From NCBI GenBank assembly GCA_963693365.1, contig CAVNZM010000007.1, positions 4,337,962 to 4,401,961 on the forward strand: a DNA stretch of 64,000 nucleotides, in the 5' to 3' direction. The notes under the pieces are model-generated. The model worked only from the letters and a program-made list of their open reading frames with translations, searched no databases and had not been told where the DNA came from. The position numbers were made by a program, and so were the translations under genes. Of this stretch, positions 60,191-64,000 are shown one piece after another. Numbering within the stretch: position 1 is the stretch's first letter; each line of letters starts with the position of its first letter. This DNA comes from Amoebidium appalachense (taxonomy: Eukaryota > Protista > Ichthyosporea).

Positions 60191-60656
60191 GGGAGGGAGG
60201 GAGCTGCGAGAGCCCAAATGATTCAGAAGCCCAGACTGTGGTCGGTTGTTCACCGTAATTTGATTCTTTTTTTTTTCAGGCCCCTGAAGAGGGAGGCAAG
60301 GGGGAGGGGGGAGGGGGGGGGGGGTATTATTGTTTTCACAGCTTTAAAGCTCCACCGTGGTGGGAGAGAGGAGGCAAGGGGGGGGGGAGGGGGAGGGGTT
60401 CTTTGGTGGTTTTGGTTGTTTGTGTTGTATGGGGGGGAGGGGAATAGTGTTATGTGCAAACTAATCATTTTAACAACGGGGAGGGGAGGGTGGGTCACTG
60501 GGGGGAGGGGGGGGGGAGGAGACGTGAGTGAATACGGGAGAGGGGGGAGGGGGGATCCGGAGAAGAACTATAACGGCGTTATAACGCTGCTCCGGGGCTG
60601 AATATGTATGCATAGGGAATATAAAGGGATATGGTGGTGGTGCTTTTCTTTTTGGT

Positions 60657-60692
<36 letters not shown>

Positions 60693-60800
60693 GGGGAGGG
60701 GGGAGGGGGGGGGGGGGGGAAGGGGGGAGGGGGATGGGGAGAAGGGGGGAACGCAAGGGCTAAGCCCCAGTGCTACTGAGTGTAGATAACTTGAAGCGCT

Positions 60801-60833
<33 letters not shown>

Positions 60834-62347
60834 CTCAGTCTCACGGGAGCACTTTTTTTTGGGGGGGGGGGGGAGGGGGGCGAGGGGGGGGGGGGGGGGG
60901 GGGAAGGAGGGTAGCTCAGTGCTAGTATAAATAAAGCTGCGAGTCATGTCAGAGGGAAAAGAGGTTCGGTCCCAGCCACTGTATATTTAACACATTCAAT
61001 AAACTTGAAGTGACAGCTTTGGGCAAAGGCTGGCCATGGTGTGGTACTACGAGCGCAAGCGCGCGCGCGTGTGTGGACCGGGTAAAGGGGAGAGGGGGGA
61101 CGGTGTGCACGTGTGTGCATGTGTTTGTGTGTGTGTACGTGCACACGTGCATGGGCATGTCGATGCATGTAATCATTTATGTGTGCCTGCTGTGCATGGT
61201 GCAGAGGCAAGAATGTAGTGTCTGTGCACTGCATTTTGAGCTTGGCCTCCCCGGGGGGAGAAGGGGAGGGGAGGGGTAGGGGTTAGGTGGAGGGTGCCGG
61301 TTGTAGTACACTGTGCACATGTCACGTAAATTTCCACAGTGTAGCACAGCAGGCGAGGATTGCATGGGCATACACATGGACAAAGCCTTGAGGGAATGGT
61401 CATAGGAGGCACAAGCTGTGCACCTTCGTTGAAACCACACAGTGGCATCCATCCACACAGCCCATGTTTGGGCCTTTAACCCCACCGTGACTGTTAAAGT
61501 CATACCAAGTGATCGTCTCATTGGAGCCTCAGGTGGGTGGGCCACCATGGATTGATCAAAGGCGAGCCTGATTCCCTTGTATGTGCAGCCAGCCATGGAA
61601 ACAAAAGGGGGGGAAGGGTGGGGATGAATGAGGACGGGGGAGGGGGCTAAATGCGGTTTAGTTCAGTCTTAGTAATCACAAAGTAACTTCAAGTCTGTAT
61701 AATCTAAATCCGATTATTACTAATTGTATTCGGAGTGAGCATAGAGCGCTCTCGTGACTTAATTTGACATTAGTTTTGTTTTTACTATTCAAAGCAGGGG
61801 TTTACCTATTCCACCCTTTTATTTGTTTCTTTCCATTTTTTTGAAGGTCTAATTTGGAAATTTAAAGGGGTTTGTGGCGGTGGGGTGTGGTGATAGTGGT
61901 GGTAGTAGGAAATGTGGCGTGGTGTGCAGCAAAATGGGGGTGATAGGGGATGTAGTATGGTGCCTCCGATGGAGCATACTTACAAAGTTTGGTCGAGTGA
62001 TGGGCCATGGTAAGATGATGCATATGTTGGTGGGTGATGCCAGGTGATATGGGTGGCCCGGGGATGTGGGTGGGATGTGAGTGAGTGAGGGGTGGTGAGG
62101 GTTACGTGCGGAATGCGGCAACAACGGGTTGGGGTGGGTGGGTGGGAACCAATGGGATCACGGCAACAGCATATCATGATAGCAAGTTATAAGATATTGC
62201 AAGCCGTGTAGCTACAGAACATGGCAAAATATGGACTTTAGCACACTGTGTAACTTGAAGTCGCAAACATGCAGAGAGCAGGTATATGATGTGGTACTTT
62301 TGAGACGATCGGTGCCGGGTTGATAAAGCAAACATGCAAGCAGCACA

Positions 62348-62390
62348 TGAGGCTGGTCTCTCTTTGCCTCGAGTAAACAGCGTAAACCCC
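62348..62390 (-). repeat. Inverted copy of 56874-56915 (GGGGTTTACGCTGTTTACTCGAGGCAAAGAGA...)
   Basis: A 32-bp exact core plus a near-match extension, inverted and ~5.5 kb apart. Confidence 0.8.
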
Positions 62391-62608
62391 AACATGACAT
62401 GGATATTTTAAGAAGAAAAAACGTTTATAAACACCGTATCATCAAACACGCAAACAGCACATTATATCGAAGCCATTTATGTATGTAAACACTGCCATCC
62501 TATATTAGATTTTATTATGCCACGTCACACGGTTATGCAAAGCATACGGCTTGCAGTTATTTTTTTGAAGATGTCGTTTTGCCAAGTCCCGCTCAACGAG
62601 AACTTCAG

Positions 62609-62651
<43 letters not shown>

Positions 62652-63780
62652 CCCCACCACCACCACCCTTTTGCCGACTAATAATTAGAGTTCAAAGGAT
62701 CCCCCCCTCTCCCCCCCCTTCTCCCCCCTCTCCCTAGGAGCTCCCCCCCCCGCCCCGCCCCACACACACAACACACACACACATGCACACACCGGCACAC
62801 GTCACACACACAGCAAGTTCTATCCCGAATCCAGACGTTGTTTTATAAATGGCCGGTCTGGATAGCAATGGACGTGAGGGATGCCACGGCGACACGCCGC
62901 CGCTGGCCGTCTCCCTCTCTAACTGAGGTTTTGATGTGCAGAATATCATGGTTTGCGCAATCAAAGGTTTGCGCAATCGCATGGAACAACTGGAACAAGC
63001 CGTTCCAGGCCAGTTCCCTGCCTTCCTGTGCAGCCCATAATGAAAATAACTAAACTTTGTGACTACTTTAAAGTTGCTGAGATCATACGTGGTGCAAGCT
63101 GCACTATGAACACATGTATAGTGCTAGTAATTAATACATTTTTGTTGCCTTCTGCAGGGTTATCGTAGCTACGTCACGGCCTGCACTCAGGGGGGAGGGG
63201 GGGGGGGGAGGGGGGATGATTCGAAGGGGGTATAAATAAGAACATGCACCTAAAGGTCTTTCCCGTGGATCCTCCCCCCTCCCCCCCCACCTCTCCCTCC
63301 CCCGGGGCCCCATACTATGATATCTAGGCCCAATATTATATGCCCCCTTCCCCCCCCCCCCCCCCCCCCTCCTCTCCGGATCCCCGGACCCCACTTCCCT
63401 ACCCGGAGGCTCAAGAGCTCCCCCCTTCCCCTTCCCCCCCCCCTCCCCCCCCCCCCCAAGGCTTACGGGGGCCCTTCTTCATCGAGGGGGAGGGGGTGGG
63501 GGTGGGGGGGGTGGGGGGAGGGGGTGGGGGGGAGGGAAGTGGAAGGCGGGGGTGGATGCATGTCAGCCTAGGTGAATTCAATTGTTTAACTCCAGTGTGC
63601 AGGACTGGTCTGAAGGCTTAAGAAAACAACGAGGAAATGGGGTCCAGTGGAGGTGGTGGTGGTGTTCTGTGTGTGTGTGTACACGTGCACGTATGTGTGT
63701 GGTTTTTTTAAGGGGTGAGTGGTGGTGGTGGTGGTGGTGGTGGTCACCGTGGTGGTGGTGTGTGTGTCTGGTGTGTGTGT

Positions 63781-63831
<51 letters not shown>

Positions 63832-64000
63832 TAGAAAGAAAAACTGCTCGTGGGTCACTGTTTTTCGTCACTGTATTTGTAACGGGCCGCTCATATTTAT
63901 ATAACTACTTTAATTTAAGTACACGTGTTCATTATCATATACGATGGCCAAATATAGAAATTTTGGCGTCGAAGTTCTTGGAGCTAAAAAAACGTTTAAA

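Overview
Eukaryotic genomic DNA, probably a unicellular eukaryote (lineage not assignable from sequence alone). Genes have GC-rich exons and many GT-AG introns, either short (~55-75 nt) or inflated by poly-G/poly-C and (TG)n/(CA)n tracts, so most ORFs in the supplied track are low-complexity artefacts. By manual splicing I find four host genes: (1) a giant UBR4/BIG-type E3 ligase (~1.07-35.4 kb, +); (2) an 8-exon RNase H1 (38785-43650, +) whose linker carries a SMARCAL1/TIPIN/UNG2-type RPA32-binding helix; (3) a DPY-30-like gene (-); (4) a 6-exon, probably lipid-anchored GAF-RGS fusion (50008-47913, -). The distal ~14 kb is transposon-rich. It holds a P-element-superfamily transposon (52711-56481) with perfect 34-bp TIRs, a 7-bp TSD, asymmetrically spaced internal repeats, a THAP domain, host-style introns and no catalytic core. 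This element is nested in another inverted-repeat element, with further MITE-like pieces nearby. All family assignments come from motif recognition, not database searches.
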